Origin: a virus
DNA: 64,000 nt
IMG/VR virus record: IMGVR_UViG_3300021961_000037
Coordinates: 32,001 to 96,000 of that record
Strand: one strand, 5' to 3'
Positions 40,015 through 50,122 of the stretch are shown one piece after another. The position numbers and the translations under genes were made by a program. Positions within the stretch are counted from its first letter, which is position 1, and each line of letters begins with the position of its first letter. The notes beneath the pieces were generated by a model, which was not told the DNA's origin, ran no database searches, and saw only the letters and a list, made by a program, of their open reading frames with translations.

Positions 40015-40368
40015 ATGACAGCACCAAACATCGTCGGAGTCACGACCATAACGGGAAAGACGGCAGTCCTTGTCGTCACCACGAGTGCGACGGCTATTGT
40101 GGAGAACACAGCATCAAGCGGCAAAGTGTTCAAGGTGAACGCTTTGTATGTTTCCAACGTCGACGGAACGAATGCAGCAGATGTGAATGTTGATATTTAC
40201 CGTTCTTCTACGGCATACCACATCGCCAAGACGGTTTCAGTTCCCGCAGATGCAACATTGGATGTGATTGCCAAGTCCATTTACCTTGAGGAAGGTGATG
40301 CCCTGCGCCTCACGGCAAACGCAAACTCCGACCTTGAGGCGGTCTGCTCTTACGAAGAGATTAGTTAG
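40015..40368 (+). CDS. ~115-aa beta-rich adaptor (cassette 1)
   Basis: Same size, pattern and position as 41959, 45970, 50380, 55590. Confidence 0.7.
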   Translation: MTAPNIVGVTTITGKTAVLVVTTSATAIVENTASSGKVFKVNALYVSNVDGTNAADVNVDIYRSSTAYHIAKTVSVPADATLDVIAKSIYLEEGDALRLTANANSDLEAVCSYEEIS

Positions 40369-40370
40369 TC

Positions 40371-41240
40371 ATGGCGCAAATAGGCGGGATTATCGGTCCG
40401 AAGAAATCAGTAAGCATTTCTGAAGCATCCGGTGTTTGGAGCCTGGGTTTTGCCCAAAAAGAGCGAGGCGCTTCAAACTGGCCCACCTTTATTCCACAAA
40501 TCAATGTTGAGTATTTAGTTATTGCTGGAGGTGGCAGCGGCGGACCAGGCGGTGGTGGAGAACGTGGTGGTGGAGGCGCTGGTGGTTACAGAAATTCGGT
40601 TAGCGGTGAATTATCTGGTAGAAACTCGGCTGCGGAATCGCCACTAACTTTTGGTGCTGGAACATACACAGTCACGATTGGTGCTGGTGGTGCTGGTGGA
40701 AGCGGTATTCATAATAACGGAAACAATTCCGTTTTCCATACAATAACCTCCATTGGCGGTGGAAGAGGTGACTCTGGTGGCGGTGGACAAAACGTTGGAA
40801 GCGGTGGCTCAGGAGGAGGTGGTGGCGGTGCGGGGACTGCTGGACAAGGATTCAATGGAGGCACATCAATAAACAACTCTTCTGGCGGTGGTGGTGGCGG
40901 CGCAGGTGGCGCTGGAGGAAATGCCCCATCTGGAGTTGGTGGAGCAGGCTTGGCATCTTCAATAACTGGAACTTCTGTTGGTAGGGCAGGTGGAGGTGGT
41001 GCTGGAAATCCCAACTCTAATGGAGGAGGAAGTGGTGGTGGAAATGGCAATGTCAGCGGAACCGCCAATACAGGCGGAGGCGGAGGCGGCGCTGGTGGAA
41101 GCGGCGGCTCTGGAATCGTTATTGTTAGGTATTTGACCTCGGAAGCATCATGGGCATCGGTGACTGGTGGGACTGTAACTACTTCAGGCTCCTACACAGT
41201 TCACACATTCACCACCAGCGGCACGCTAAGCATTTCGTAG
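40371..41240 (+). CDS. Glycine-rich (polyglycine-II type) adhesin-like protein
   Basis: VEYLVIAGGG...GGSGIVIVRY...HTFTTSG. Confidence 0.8.
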   Translation: MAQIGGIIGPKKSVSISEASGVWSLGFAQKERGASNWPTFIPQINVEYLVIAGGGSGGPGGGGERGGGGAGGYRNSVSGELSGRNSAAESPLTFGAGTYTVTIGAGGAGGSGIHNNGNNSVFHTITSIGGGRGDSGGGGQNVGSGGSGGGGGGAGTAGQGFNGGTSINNSSGGGGGGAGGAGGNAPSGVGGAGLASSITGTSVGRAGGGGAGNPNSNGGGSGGGNGNVSGTANTGGGGGGAGGSGGSGIVIVRYLTSEASWASVTGGTVTTSGSYTVHTFTTSGTLSIS

Positions 41241-41294
41241 GTTTTAGTACTATGTTCTATAATGTAAGCACAAACATCACAGGAGAGTAAAGAA

Positions 41295-41663
41295 ATGGCT
41301 CATTTTGCCCAAATCAACGCCGACAACGTGGTGACACAGGTAATCGTCGTTTCCAACGATGATTGCGCTGGTGGCGACTATCCGACAAGCGACGCACCAG
41401 GTGCGGCATTCTGCAACAACCTGCTCGGCGGCACGTGGAAACAAACCTCGTATAACGGGAACTTCCGCAAGCGCTATGCAGGAATCGGTTACACATTCAA
41501 TGCCGACCTTGATGCATTCATTGCCCCACAGCCCTACCCCTCTTGGACGCTGAACGAAGAAACTGCCGACTGGGAAGCACCTGTTGCACGACCAGCAGAA
41601 GGCATGTGGACGTGGAATGAAGCAAATCAGGAGTGGGATGAAGTCGCATCGACAGGGGTGTAA
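41295..41663 (+). CDS. Small partner of Gly-rich protein (MAHFAQ family)
   Basis: Homologous to 51693 (APQPYPSW, W.APV.RP); TATAAT at 41258 upstream. Confidence 0.75.
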   Translation: MAHFAQINADNVVTQVIVVSNDDCAGGDYPTSDAPGAAFCNNLLGGTWKQTSYNGNFRKRYAGIGYTFNADLDAFIAPQPYPSWTLNEETADWEAPVARPAEGMWTWNEANQEWDEVASTGV

Positions 41664-41666
41664 CCC

Positions 41667-41936
41667 ATGGCGCTTTCGTTCCCTGCTAATCCTTCGGTAA
41701 ACGACACATACACGGAGGGAAGCCGTTCCTGGAAATGGAACGGCACAAAGTGGGAACTTGTTATCAGCACACTTGTTGCTGGTTCGGTATCTACTGCTGA
41801 GATAAACAACGGCGCTGTTACTACGGCAAAACTCGCCGATGGTGCTGTGACCGCAGTCAAACTTGGTCCTGGTATTGGTGGCGGTCTTGACACCGAGGCT
41901 GAGGGTGCGATTTCAATAATGGATATAGGTTCATAA
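41667..41936 (+). CDS. Short stalk with N-terminal FPxxP domain (cassette 2)
   Basis: MALSFPANP...WKWNGTKW; C-terminus GAISIMDIGS. Confidence 0.7.
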   Translation: MALSFPANPSVNDTYTEGSRSWKWNGTKWELVISTLVAGSVSTAEINNGAVTTAKLADGAVTAVKLGPGIGGGLDTEAEGAISIMDIGS

Positions 41937-41958
41937 TTAAGAGAGCGGAGTAGATGTT

Positions 41959-42294
41959 ATGGCGATTTCAAGAACAGAAACAAGACTGGGCGGTCCTACT
42001 TCGCTCGGTACCTCTACGACCGCAATTTGTTCTGCCAGTGCAGGCGTAACGGAGGTCATCAAGCAGTTGCTCATCTGCAATACGGATACTGTTGAGCGCA
42101 CTTTTAGTCTCGCCATCGGTACTGCGGCGACGGCTACGAACCGTTTCTTTTCCGCCATGCCGATTGGCGCGAATGACACGATTGTTTTGGATACTGCGAT
42201 AGTTCTTGCTCCAACGGAAACACTTGAGGGTTTGGCTGATACGGCAAGCAAGGTCGTTGTTACTGCTCTTGGCTGGGAAAAGACGACTACCTGA
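41959..42294 (+). CDS. ~115-aa adaptor (cassette 2)
   Basis: Close paralog of 45970 (RTETRLGGPT). Confidence 0.75.
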   Translation: MAISRTETRLGGPTSLGTSTTAICSASAGVTEVIKQLLICNTDTVERTFSLAIGTAATATNRFFSAMPIGANDTIVLDTAIVLAPTETLEGLADTASKVVVTALGWEKTTT

Positions 42295-43325
42295 TGGCTC
42301 TTTCTGCTGGTCTCGGCGCAGGCGGTAATCGACCTGGTGTTTGCACTAGCAGTACTCGCCCTGCTTCGCCCTATCTCGGGCAGACAATTTTTGAGACTGA
42401 CACCAACAAAATGAAAGTTTGGTTAGGTTCAAATTGGTCATCTGGTACTGCACATACCACACCATTCGCAGTTGAATACCTTGTGGTTGCTGGCGGTGCT
42501 GGCGGTGGCTACACCCATGGTGGTGGTGGCGGTGCTGGCGGTTATAGGTCGTCGGTTTCTGGTGAGTCATCTGGTGGAGGTGGTTCAGCAGAAACAACAT
42601 TGGCTTTAGATTTGGGAACATACACCGTCACCGTAGGTGCTGGCGGAGCGGCTGGAACAACCTCCAATGCGACTGGTGTAAATGGTTCTAATTCGGTTTT
42701 TTCCTCTATTACTTCTACTGGTGGTGGTTACGGAAACAGTTACAACAACAGCCCTGCAAATGGAAACTCTGGTGGTTCTGGCGGTGGCGGTGCTGGTGCC
42801 AATACCGCTGGCAACGGTGGTGCAGGAACGTCAAGCCAGGGCTATGCAGGTGGTAACGCAAGTTCTAATGGTACGGCAGGTAACGGCGGCGGTGGTGGTG
42901 GTGCTGGTGCTGTTGGTGCTAATGCTACTGGTGCTATAGGGACGGGTTCTGCTGGTAATGGTGGTGATGGTGTGAGTTCTTCCATCAACGGTACGGCTAC
43001 CACTCGTGCTGGTGGTGGTGGTGGTGGTAGATGGAGTTCAGGAACTTTTGGTTCTGGTGGTTCTGGCGGTGGCGGGCGTGGAGGGTATCCATCGAATGTT
43101 GCAACTGCTGGAACGGCAAATACGGGTAGCGGTGGCGGTGGCGGTGGTGACGGCGATACGCCTGTCGGCGGTGCGGGTGGTTCTGGAATCGTTATTATTC
43201 GCTATTTGACTGCCGATGCAAGCGGCTACACAGTCACAGGCGGAACAAAAGTGGTTGGTCCAACTGGAGCAACCTCTTACACCGTTCACACATTCACATC
43301 TAGTGGAAGTTTGGTGATTGCATGA
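42294..43325 (+). CDS. Gly-rich adhesin-like protein with PGVCTS N-terminal domain
   Basis: RPGVCTSSTRPASPYLGQTIFETDT followed by Gly-rich domain. Confidence 0.8.
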   Translation: MALSAGLGAGGNRPGVCTSSTRPASPYLGQTIFETDTNKMKVWLGSNWSSGTAHTTPFAVEYLVVAGGAGGGYTHGGGGGAGGYRSSVSGESSGGGGSAETTLALDLGTYTVTVGAGGAAGTTSNATGVNGSNSVFSSITSTGGGYGNSYNNSPANGNSGGSGGGGAGANTAGNGGAGTSSQGYAGGNASSNGTAGNGGGGGGAGAVGANATGAIGTGSAGNGGDGVSSSINGTATTRAGGGGGGRWSSGTFGSGGSGGGGRGGYPSNVATAGTANTGSGGGGGGDGDTPVGGAGGSGIVIIRYLTADASGYTVTGGTKVVGPTGATSYTVHTFTSSGSLVIA

Positions 43326-43984
43326 CCGTCTCAGCAACAAGCAACGGTCTCCGTCCAGGAGTATGCACCTCAACTAATCGTCCGTCTACGCCGTTCGACG
43401 GAATGGTTATTTATGAGACGGATACGGATTTGGTGAAGGCGTATAACGGTTCGTCATGGGAAACCGTCGGACCTACTACGGCTAGCGGACTTTCCTATCT
43501 CACGGGTGCATCATTTAGCGCGGTGTCGACCGTCAGTTTTGCATCGGGCGTATTCACATCGACGTACCAGAACTATGTAGTGACGCTAAATCTGACGGCA
43601 TCAAGCACAGACCAAGATATTTCAATTCGCGTCAATAACGCTGGTACACCGCGAACCGCCGCAAACTATTACGGTTCCAAAACGACTATCACCGGCCCGG
43701 GTACGTCAACAAATACCGGAACCAATGGCGGAACGTCCCATAACGCTATGCGAACATTAAGCGCATACATAACATTGGGCGCAACTATTCAGGTTTATTC
43801 ACCATTGGCAACGGGAACCAATACGTCGTGGACGGTTCAGGCGTTCGGCGCGGAATCAGTTAGCAGCGCAAACATTGTTAGCGGTTGTACGTACAACGCA
43901 CTAGAGGCGCATGATGGTCTAACTTTCGTTGTTGGTGGCACGATTACCGGCAATTACCGCGTGTACGGTATTGCGAACAGTTAG
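43322..43984 (+). CDS. Beta-rich tip protein with PGVCTS N-terminal domain
   Basis: Paralog of 49063 (GVFTS.Y.NY ... ITG.Y..YG). Confidence 0.7.
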   Translation: MTVSATSNGLRPGVCTSTNRPSTPFDGMVIYETDTDLVKAYNGSSWETVGPTTASGLSYLTGASFSAVSTVSFASGVFTSTYQNYVVTLNLTASSTDQDISIRVNNAGTPRTAANYYGSKTTITGPGTSTNTGTNGGTSHNAMRTLSAYITLGATIQVYSPLATGTNTSWTVQAFGAESVSSANIVSGCTYNALEAHDGLTFVVGGTITGNYRVYGIANS

Positions 43985-43992
43985 GAGTCATC

Positions 43993-44199
43993 ATGTCTAA
44001 ACCACTAATCCAAATTGGCGACGAGGTTCGCGAGATGAACGACGCAGAAGTCGCGCAACGGCAACTTGACATTCAGACCGCCGAAGCAGTGAAAGCAGAA
44101 GCAGAAGCGGCAGCCGCTATTCGCCAGTCAGCACTTGCCAAACTTGCCGCTATCGGTCTAACCGACGACGAAATCAACGCAATCGTTGGGGGTGTCTAA
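43993..44199 (+). CDS. Small partner protein (REM...LGLTDDE family)
   Basis: Paralog of 49725. Confidence 0.7.
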   Translation: MSKPLIQIGDEVREMNDAEVAQRQLDIQTAEAVKAEAEAAAAIRQSALAKLAAIGLTDDEINAIVGGV

Positions 44200-45407
44200 T
44201 GCCGTTATCTAATGTAATCGGTGCCTCATCCATCCTGAAGCCAGGTGTCTGCACGTCGTCAACTCGCCCTGCCTCCCCGTATGACGGGCAAGTTATTTAC
44301 GAGACAGACACGAACCTGACGCTTGTGTATGAGGGCTCAGAGTGGGCGGTATTGAATCAACAGGTTTTTGGCAGTCGCAACGTGGTTATCAATGGCGCGA
44401 TGCAGGTGGCACAACGAGGAACAAGTACGGCGGGCATCACGACAAGCGGCTATTTCACGGCGGATAGGTGGCGAGTGAACTACTCGTCGCTTGGGACATG
44501 GACTCAAAGCGTTGAGAATGATGCGCCGACTGGTTCGGGTCTGCGCCAATCGCTAAAAATGCTTTGTACTACGGCTAATGCCGCACCTGCGGCAGGTGAT
44601 GTTCTATTTATGCAGTACCGATTTGAGGGTCAAAATGTGCAACAGTTTCTCAAAGGAACTGCGTCAGCCAAATCTTTCATGCTGACGTTCTGGGTCAAAT
44701 CAAATGTGACGGGAACTTTTATTGCTGAGGTTGCCGACGTTGACAACACTCGCCAAGTTTCCAAGTCATACACGATTTCGGCTTCGGAAACTTGGGAAAA
44801 GAAAACCATTGATTTCGGCGCAGACACAACGGGTGTGTTTGATAACGATAATGCTGGTTCGCTGTTTCTGAACTTTCACATGGGCGCAGGAACCAATTAC
44901 ACATCAGGAACACTAAACACGAATTGGGCAACAACCGTTACCGCAAACCGTGTTATCGGTCAAGTCAATGTCGCCGCCGCCACGAACAATTATTTCCAAA
45001 TCACTGGTGTTCAGTTGGAAGCAGGTTCGGTGGCGACACCGTTTGAGTTTGAGGACTACGGAACGACACTTGCCAAATGCCAGCGGTACTACTGGCGACT
45101 TGTTGAAGGTTCAGGAGCCGAAAGAATCTCTGTTGCCGCAGCGCACAGTTCGTCTGATGCGAGAGCCGTAATAACATTTCCAACCACTATGCGAACGAGT
45201 CCCACCCTAGAAATCGCAACTGGTGCCTACTATTCGTTTGAAAGAAACAATGCAGACGACGACATTACGAGCCTCACAATAGCCCAGGCTTCAAAAAGCA
45301 GTTGTTTGATTTACAACAACACGGAAATATCCTCAACCGCAGGACACGCTGGTAATTTTCGTGCAACCAGCGCATCTGCAAGACTATCGTTTACTGCGGA
45401 ACTGTGA
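44199..45407 (+). CDS. Tip protein with PGVCTS domain and carbohydrate-binding-like domain
   Basis: RNVVINGAMQVAQRG...DRW...GVQLEAGSVATPFE...CQRYY. Confidence 0.75.
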   Translation: MPLSNVIGASSILKPGVCTSSTRPASPYDGQVIYETDTNLTLVYEGSEWAVLNQQVFGSRNVVINGAMQVAQRGTSTAGITTSGYFTADRWRVNYSSLGTWTQSVENDAPTGSGLRQSLKMLCTTANAAPAAGDVLFMQYRFEGQNVQQFLKGTASAKSFMLTFWVKSNVTGTFIAEVADVDNTRQVSKSYTISASETWEKKTIDFGADTTGVFDNDNAGSLFLNFHMGAGTNYTSGTLNTNWATTVTANRVIGQVNVAAATNNYFQITGVQLEAGSVATPFEFEDYGTTLAKCQRYYWRLVEGSGAERISVAAAHSSSDARAVITFPTTMRTSPTLEIATGAYYSFERNNADDDITSLTIAQASKSSCLIYNNTEISSTAGHAGNFRATSASARLSFTAEL

Positions 45408-45589
45408 TGAGAAAATATTACAAACAATCCATTATTGGCGGAGTATGGTCAATTTGGTATGAGGAAAACGGTTTTCGTTACTCTTTCACCGAAACAAATT
45501 CCGAAAACGCCGACTATCAGGCGTACCTTGCGTGGGTTGCTGAAGGCAACACCGCAGAAGAATGGCAACCAGACGGCGGAGGTGAATAA
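45404..45589 (+). CDS. Small partner protein
   Basis: NADYQAYLAWVAEGN; overlaps neighbours on both sides. Confidence 0.7.
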   Translation: MMRKYYKQSIIGGVWSIWYEENGFRYSFTETNSENADYQAYLAWVAEGNTAEEWQPDGGGE

Positions 45590-45966
45590 TGGCTATTGAT
45601 TTCCCCAACTCCCCCACGAACGGTGACCTGTTCTCTGCTGGTGGAAAGAACTGGCAGTACAACGGAACCGCTTGGGTTCTTCTAGGCATCATCCCCAACG
45701 TAAGACTTCTTGACGACGTAGGTGACGTAACAATCACCTCAGCAACATCTGGGGACTTCCTCAAATGGAACGGCTCTGCATGGGTCAATGACACTATTCC
45801 GACCATCAACAACTTGAACGACGTGGGTGACGTAACGATTACATCTGCCGCTTCCGGAGAGTTTCTCAAATGGAACGGAAGCGCATGGGTCAATGCCGTC
45901 GCTTCCACGGATGTCATGACAGACACCAAGAATGCGGCAATAATCACCATGGATATAGGAGCGTAA
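45589..45966 (+). CDS. Short stalk with N-terminal FPxxP domain (cassette 3)
   Basis: MAIDFPNSPTNGD...WQYNGTAW; two DVGDVTITS repeats; ends AAIITMDIGA. Confidence 0.75.
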   Translation: MAIDFPNSPTNGDLFSAGGKNWQYNGTAWVLLGIIPNVRLLDDVGDVTITSATSGDFLKWNGSAWVNDTIPTINNLNDVGDVTITSAASGEFLKWNGSAWVNAVASTDVMTDTKNAAIITMDIGA

Positions 45967-45969
45967 GTT

Positions 45970-46308
45970 ATGGCAGTTGGCGACAGGACAGAGACACGGC
46001 TTGGCGGACCCACACAGTTGGGTACGTCGACCACGACGGTTTGCACGGCTGCGTCAGGTTACGCAGAAATAATCAAGCAAATCATCATCACGAACACTGA
46101 CACGGTGGACCGCACGTTCAGTCTTGCCATTGGCTCGGCTGCAACGGCGGCAAACAGAATCATTTCTCAGTTGCCCATTGGCGCCAACGACATAATGGTC
46201 TTGGACACTGCTTTGGTGTTGAATGCCACGGAAACCCTTGAGGGTCTTGCTGATGCTGCGAGCGTCGTGAATGTCACGGCGATTGGCTGGGAAAAGCAGG
46301 TTTCGTAA
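45970..46308 (+). CDS. ~115-aa adaptor (cassette 3)
   Basis: Close paralog of 41959. Confidence 0.75.
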   Translation: MAVGDRTETRLGGPTQLGTSTTTVCTAASGYAEIIKQIIITNTDTVDRTFSLAIGSAATAANRIISQLPIGANDIMVLDTALVLNATETLEGLADAASVVNVTAIGWEKQVS

Positions 46309-46311
46309 ACC

Positions 46312-47262
46312 ATGGGCGTTTCCACACCGTATGGCATTCAAGGGCTGAAGAACTATGTAAGGGTCACCACGCCTACGAGCATTGAATATCTGCTTGTTGG
46401 CGGTGGTGGAGCAAGTAGTGCTTCAAATGGTGGTGGCGGAGGTGGTGGCGGTGTTCTGTCTGGAACTACATCTGTTACTGGCGGTTCTGAATACACAATA
46501 ACTGTTGGTGGTGGCGGGTCTGGTGCTGGTTCAACTGGAGTAAATAATGTCAAAGGCAATAACGGGTCAGACACGGTCGCTTTTTCTTTGACTGCTGGTG
46601 GCGGTGGTGCAGGCAACAGCCTAAACAACAGCGCTGGTGGTTCAAATGGACGAGCAAGCAATGGTTCTGGTGGCGGTGGGTCGGTGACAAACGCCGGTAT
46701 AACGGCTGCTCATAATGCTGGTTCTGGAAACGGAACAGGGAAAAACGGAGGCGCTGGGCTTGGCGACATTGCTTCGGGTGGCGGAGGCGGTGCTGGTGCT
46801 GCTGGAACTGCCGGAACATCAACAAATGGCGGTACGGGTGGAAACGGTGTTCAAAATTCAATAAATGGAACAAACTTGTATTGGGCTGGCGGCGGCGGTG
46901 GAACAAGTAATGGAACTGCGGGGAATGGCGGTCTTGGTGGTGGAGGTGGCGGAGCAACCAATACTGGAACACCTGGTCAAGGCGGTGGGTCGGCACTTAA
47001 CTCTGGCGGCAATGGTGGTACTGGTACTGGGAATGATGGCGGAAATGGCGGCGACAATACTGGTGGCGGTGGTGGCGGTTCTGGTTGTCAACAGAATCAA
47101 GTAGCATCGGCAGTCGGTGCAAACGGTGGCTCTGGTGTAGTCATTATTAAATATCCAGATATTTACAGCGCTGCAACCTCTACGACTGGTTCTGTATCGC
47201 TGAGCACGGTAAACGGATACAAAATATATACATTCACCACTAGCGGAAGCATCACCTTCTAA
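46312..47262 (+). CDS. Gly-rich adhesin-like protein
   Basis: IEYLLVGGGG...GGSGVVIIKYP. Confidence 0.8.
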   Translation: MGVSTPYGIQGLKNYVRVTTPTSIEYLLVGGGGASSASNGGGGGGGGVLSGTTSVTGGSEYTITVGGGGSGAGSTGVNNVKGNNGSDTVAFSLTAGGGGAGNSLNNSAGGSNGRASNGSGGGGSVTNAGITAAHNAGSGNGTGKNGGAGLGDIASGGGGGAGAAGTAGTSTNGGTGGNGVQNSINGTNLYWAGGGGGTSNGTAGNGGLGGGGGGATNTGTPGQGGGSALNSGGNGGTGTGNDGGNGGDNTGGGGGGSGCQQNQVASAVGANGGSGVVIIKYPDIYSAATSTTGSVSLSTVNGYKIYTFTTSGSITF

Positions 47263-49034
47263 TGAGTATCTCAGGCGCACGTAAACCAAGACTCGCTACA
47301 GAGTACGGTATTGCATCTGGCGGTACTGAATCAGATATAACCGTTTCAGGTGTCTCATACAAACTTCATACATTTGCGGCAACAGGTACGCTTTCGGTTA
47401 CTCAACCCGGTTGGTTTGATGTGCTTACCATCGCTGGTGGCGGTGGAGGCGGTGGAAGCAATGGGAGCGACTTCCATGGCGGAGGCGGTGGCGGTGGCGG
47501 AGCCCAACTAACGACAATGTACCTATCCTCCAACGCAACAGTGACGGTCGGTGCTGGAGGAAATGGTGGTGCAATAGGTGGAGGAACAAAACCCTCAGAT
47601 GGAACATCATCATCTGTCGGCGGTGCTGTTCTTTCAAATGGAGTTGCTGCTGCTGGTGGTGGTGCTGGCGCTGACGGTTGGGGTAACAAGAATTCCAATG
47701 GTGGTTCAGGTGGCGGTGGAGGAATGGAGGCATCAAGTACAAAAGGTTTTGGTATCCCAACACAAGGTAATGATGGTGGTGCAGGATTTAATAGCAGGGG
47801 TCCAGGAAACGGCGCTGGCGGTGGTGGTGGTGCGGGTGGAGTCGGTGGAGCCGGCACTTCGTCTGCTGGTGGCGCTGGTGGCGATGGCGTTGACATATCT
47901 TCGTGGCTTGGAAGTGGAGCCCCTTCGTCTCCGTACTACATGGCGGCTGGGGGAGGTGGAGCAAGATACAGCGGAAGTAGCGGTGCTGGCGGTTCCTCTA
48001 TTGGCGGCAATGGTGGCTCCAATACGACAGGAAGCGCAGCGACTGCAAGCAGGGCTTCTGGTGGCGGTGGTGCTTCTGGTGCTGGATACAACTCTGGAGG
48101 AAACGGTTCTGGAGGAATCGTCTATATCCGTAGAAGAGTCTCTGGATCTGCTGTAGGAACGCTGACGTATCTCCCGGTTTTGAATAATGTCGAGTATTTG
48201 ATTATCGGTGGCGGTGGCGGTGGGGGAGGACGTCATGGTGGTGGCGGTGGTGCTGGTGGTTACCGTTCATCGGTGAGCGGAGAATCCTCTGGCGGTGGCG
48301 CATCCGCCGAAGACAAATTATTATTTACTGCTGGAAGCACATACTCAATCACTGTTGGCGCTGGCGGTCCAGGTGGTACTGCAAACAATAACGGAACGCT
48401 CCCAAGAGCAACATCGGGTAGCAATAGTTCTGCTTTTGGTATTACATCAACTGGTGGCGGCGCGGGTGGAAACGGGAATGTTGCTGGTGAAGCAAATGGA
48501 ATTGCTGGCGGTTCTGGTGGTGGCAGTGTTCCTTCTGGTACTGGTGGCGCTGGTACTGCAAATCAGGGGTATGCCGGAGGAAATGGCGGCAGTACTTATC
48601 TTGGTGGCGGTGGAGGTGGTGCATCTGCTGCTGGTTCAAATTACTCTGGTTCGACTGCAGGCAATGGTGGCAATGGACTTGCGTCAAGCATCACTGGCTC
48701 CTCCATAACCCGTGCTGGAGGTGGCGGAGGTGGTGGATGGACTGGCAACACTGCTGGAACTGGCGGTTCCGGTGGAGGCGGTGCTGGTGTCGCCAACTCT
48801 GGAACAAAAGCAACAAGTGGCACTGCCAACACTGGTAGCGGTGGCGGAGGTGGAGGCACTGACTCTGCCCCAAATGCTGGTGGTGGTGACGGTGGTGCAG
48901 GTGTCGTCATCGTTCGTTACCCGACAGCAAACGCCACTGGTCTATCGGTAACTGGCGGAACTATTACAACATCGGGCAGTTACACCATTCATACATTCAA
49001 CGCAACTGGAACCTTCACGGTGGCACGGGCATGA
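47262..49034 (+). CDS. Tandem two-domain Gly-rich adhesin-like protein
   Basis: Two complete Gly-rich domains (DVLTIAGGG...IVYIR; VEYLIIGGG...VVIVRY). Confidence 0.8.
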   Translation: MSISGARKPRLATEYGIASGGTESDITVSGVSYKLHTFAATGTLSVTQPGWFDVLTIAGGGGGGGSNGSDFHGGGGGGGGAQLTTMYLSSNATVTVGAGGNGGAIGGGTKPSDGTSSSVGGAVLSNGVAAAGGGAGADGWGNKNSNGGSGGGGGMEASSTKGFGIPTQGNDGGAGFNSRGPGNGAGGGGGAGGVGGAGTSSAGGAGGDGVDISSWLGSGAPSSPYYMAAGGGGARYSGSSGAGGSSIGGNGGSNTTGSAATASRASGGGGASGAGYNSGGNGSGGIVYIRRRVSGSAVGTLTYLPVLNNVEYLIIGGGGGGGGRHGGGGGAGGYRSSVSGESSGGGASAEDKLLFTAGSTYSITVGAGGPGGTANNNGTLPRATSGSNSSAFGITSTGGGAGGNGNVAGEANGIAGGSGGGSVPSGTGGAGTANQGYAGGNGGSTYLGGGGGGASAAGSNYSGSTAGNGGNGLASSITGSSITRAGGGGGGGWTGNTAGTGGSGGGGAGVANSGTKATSGTANTGSGGGGGGTDSAPNAGGGDGGAGVVIVRYPTANATGLSVTGGTITTSGSYTIHTFNATGTFTVARA

Positions 49035-49062
49035 AATCGTTTATCATTGAGGTGAGGTAATC

Positions 49063-49722
49063 ATGCCGTTTTCTTCAGTTTTAGGTGCATCTTCGGTCAT
49101 CAAGCCTGGTGTCTGCACGTCCTCAACCCGCCCAACGGTTCCCTATGAGGGGCAGTTGATTTATGAGACGGATACAGACAGGGTTGCTTCTTGGAACGGC
49201 TCTGCTTGGGTATATACGGCGACTGGAGGGCTAATCACAGTAAAGGGGGAGACGGCATTCTCCAATGTCGCAAATGTGACCGCTGACGGCGTATTCACTA
49301 GCGCATACACGAACTACCGAATGATTATTCGTTTTCAGATAAGTGTTGGGCAACTCTCGTTTCAGTTACGTGCCGCAACGGTTGACGCAACAACGAATTA
49401 TTCAACGCAAAGCATAGTCGCAAACGGTGCAACGCTATCAGGAGCACGTACAACAAGCACATCAAACGCAAACATCGGAAACAATGGTAACGGAGCGTTT
49501 TGGGGATTGGCAGTTGTGGAATTGAGCGGTCCACAACTAGCCGAGCCGACGCTTTACCAATCGCAATTTTTGCGACAAGACGGAAACTACACAACGGCTA
49601 CAGTAATTCAAAACTACTACGGTAATCATTCAGATTCAACAAGTTATGACGGCATAAAATTATTGGGTACTAGCGCCAACATTACGGGCAGTTACACCAT
49701 CTATGGATACGCAAAGGTCTAA
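49063..49722 (+). CDS. Beta-rich tip protein with PGVCTS domain
   Basis: Paralog of 43322. Confidence 0.7.
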   Translation: MPFSSVLGASSVIKPGVCTSSTRPTVPYEGQLIYETDTDRVASWNGSAWVYTATGGLITVKGETAFSNVANVTADGVFTSAYTNYRMIIRFQISVGQLSFQLRAATVDATTNYSTQSIVANGATLSGARTTSTSNANIGNNGNGAFWGLAVVELSGPQLAEPTLYQSQFLRQDGNYTTATVIQNYYGNHSDSTSYDGIKLLGTSANITGSYTIYGYAKV

Positions 49723-49724
49723 CC

Positions 49725-49934
49725 ATGAGAACCAACGACAACGGAATTGACCGAGAAATGACAGCAGAAGAAGCCGCAGCACATACTGCTTGGATGACAG
49801 TAGCGGCACAAGAAGCAGAAGAACTCGCCCAAGCCGAAGCCGCTCGCATCGCCGCCAAGGAATCCGCCAAAGCCAAACTCGCAGCCCTTGGTCTAACTGA
49901 TGACGAAATCAACGCAATCATTGGAGGTGTGTGA
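49725..49934 (+). CDS. Small partner protein (REM...LGLTDDE family)
   Basis: Paralog of 43993. Confidence 0.7.
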   Translation: MRTNDNGIDREMTAEEAAAHTAWMTVAAQEAEELAQAEAARIAAKESAKAKLAALGLTDDEINAIIGGV

Positions 49935-50122
49935 TGCCTATTGACTTTCCTGGCTCCCCATCCACTGGTGACCACTACTCCTACGACGAGCGCACATGGA
50001 GATGGGATGGCTCTACATGGCGATTAGTGGTCAGTGGTACCATTGACTACAACATCGACGGGGGTGGAGCCGCCACTGTTTATGGTGGACAAAGTGTTAT
50101 TGACGGAGGAGGCGTAGCGTAA
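49931..50122 (+). CDS. FPxxP + (I/Y)DGG linker protein (cassette 4)
   Basis: IDFPGSPSTGD...WRWDGSTW...IDGG...IDGG. Confidence 0.7.
   Translation: MMPIDFPGSPSTGDHYSYDERTWRWDGSTWRLVVSGTIDYNIDGGGAATVYGGQSVIDGGGVA

Noticed and set aside
40011-46312. Several TAA-NNN-ATG in-frame junctions as systematic readthrough or recoding
   Set aside because: Explained by SD spacing and chance. Many other junctions are out of frame, and all three stop codons end genes normally.
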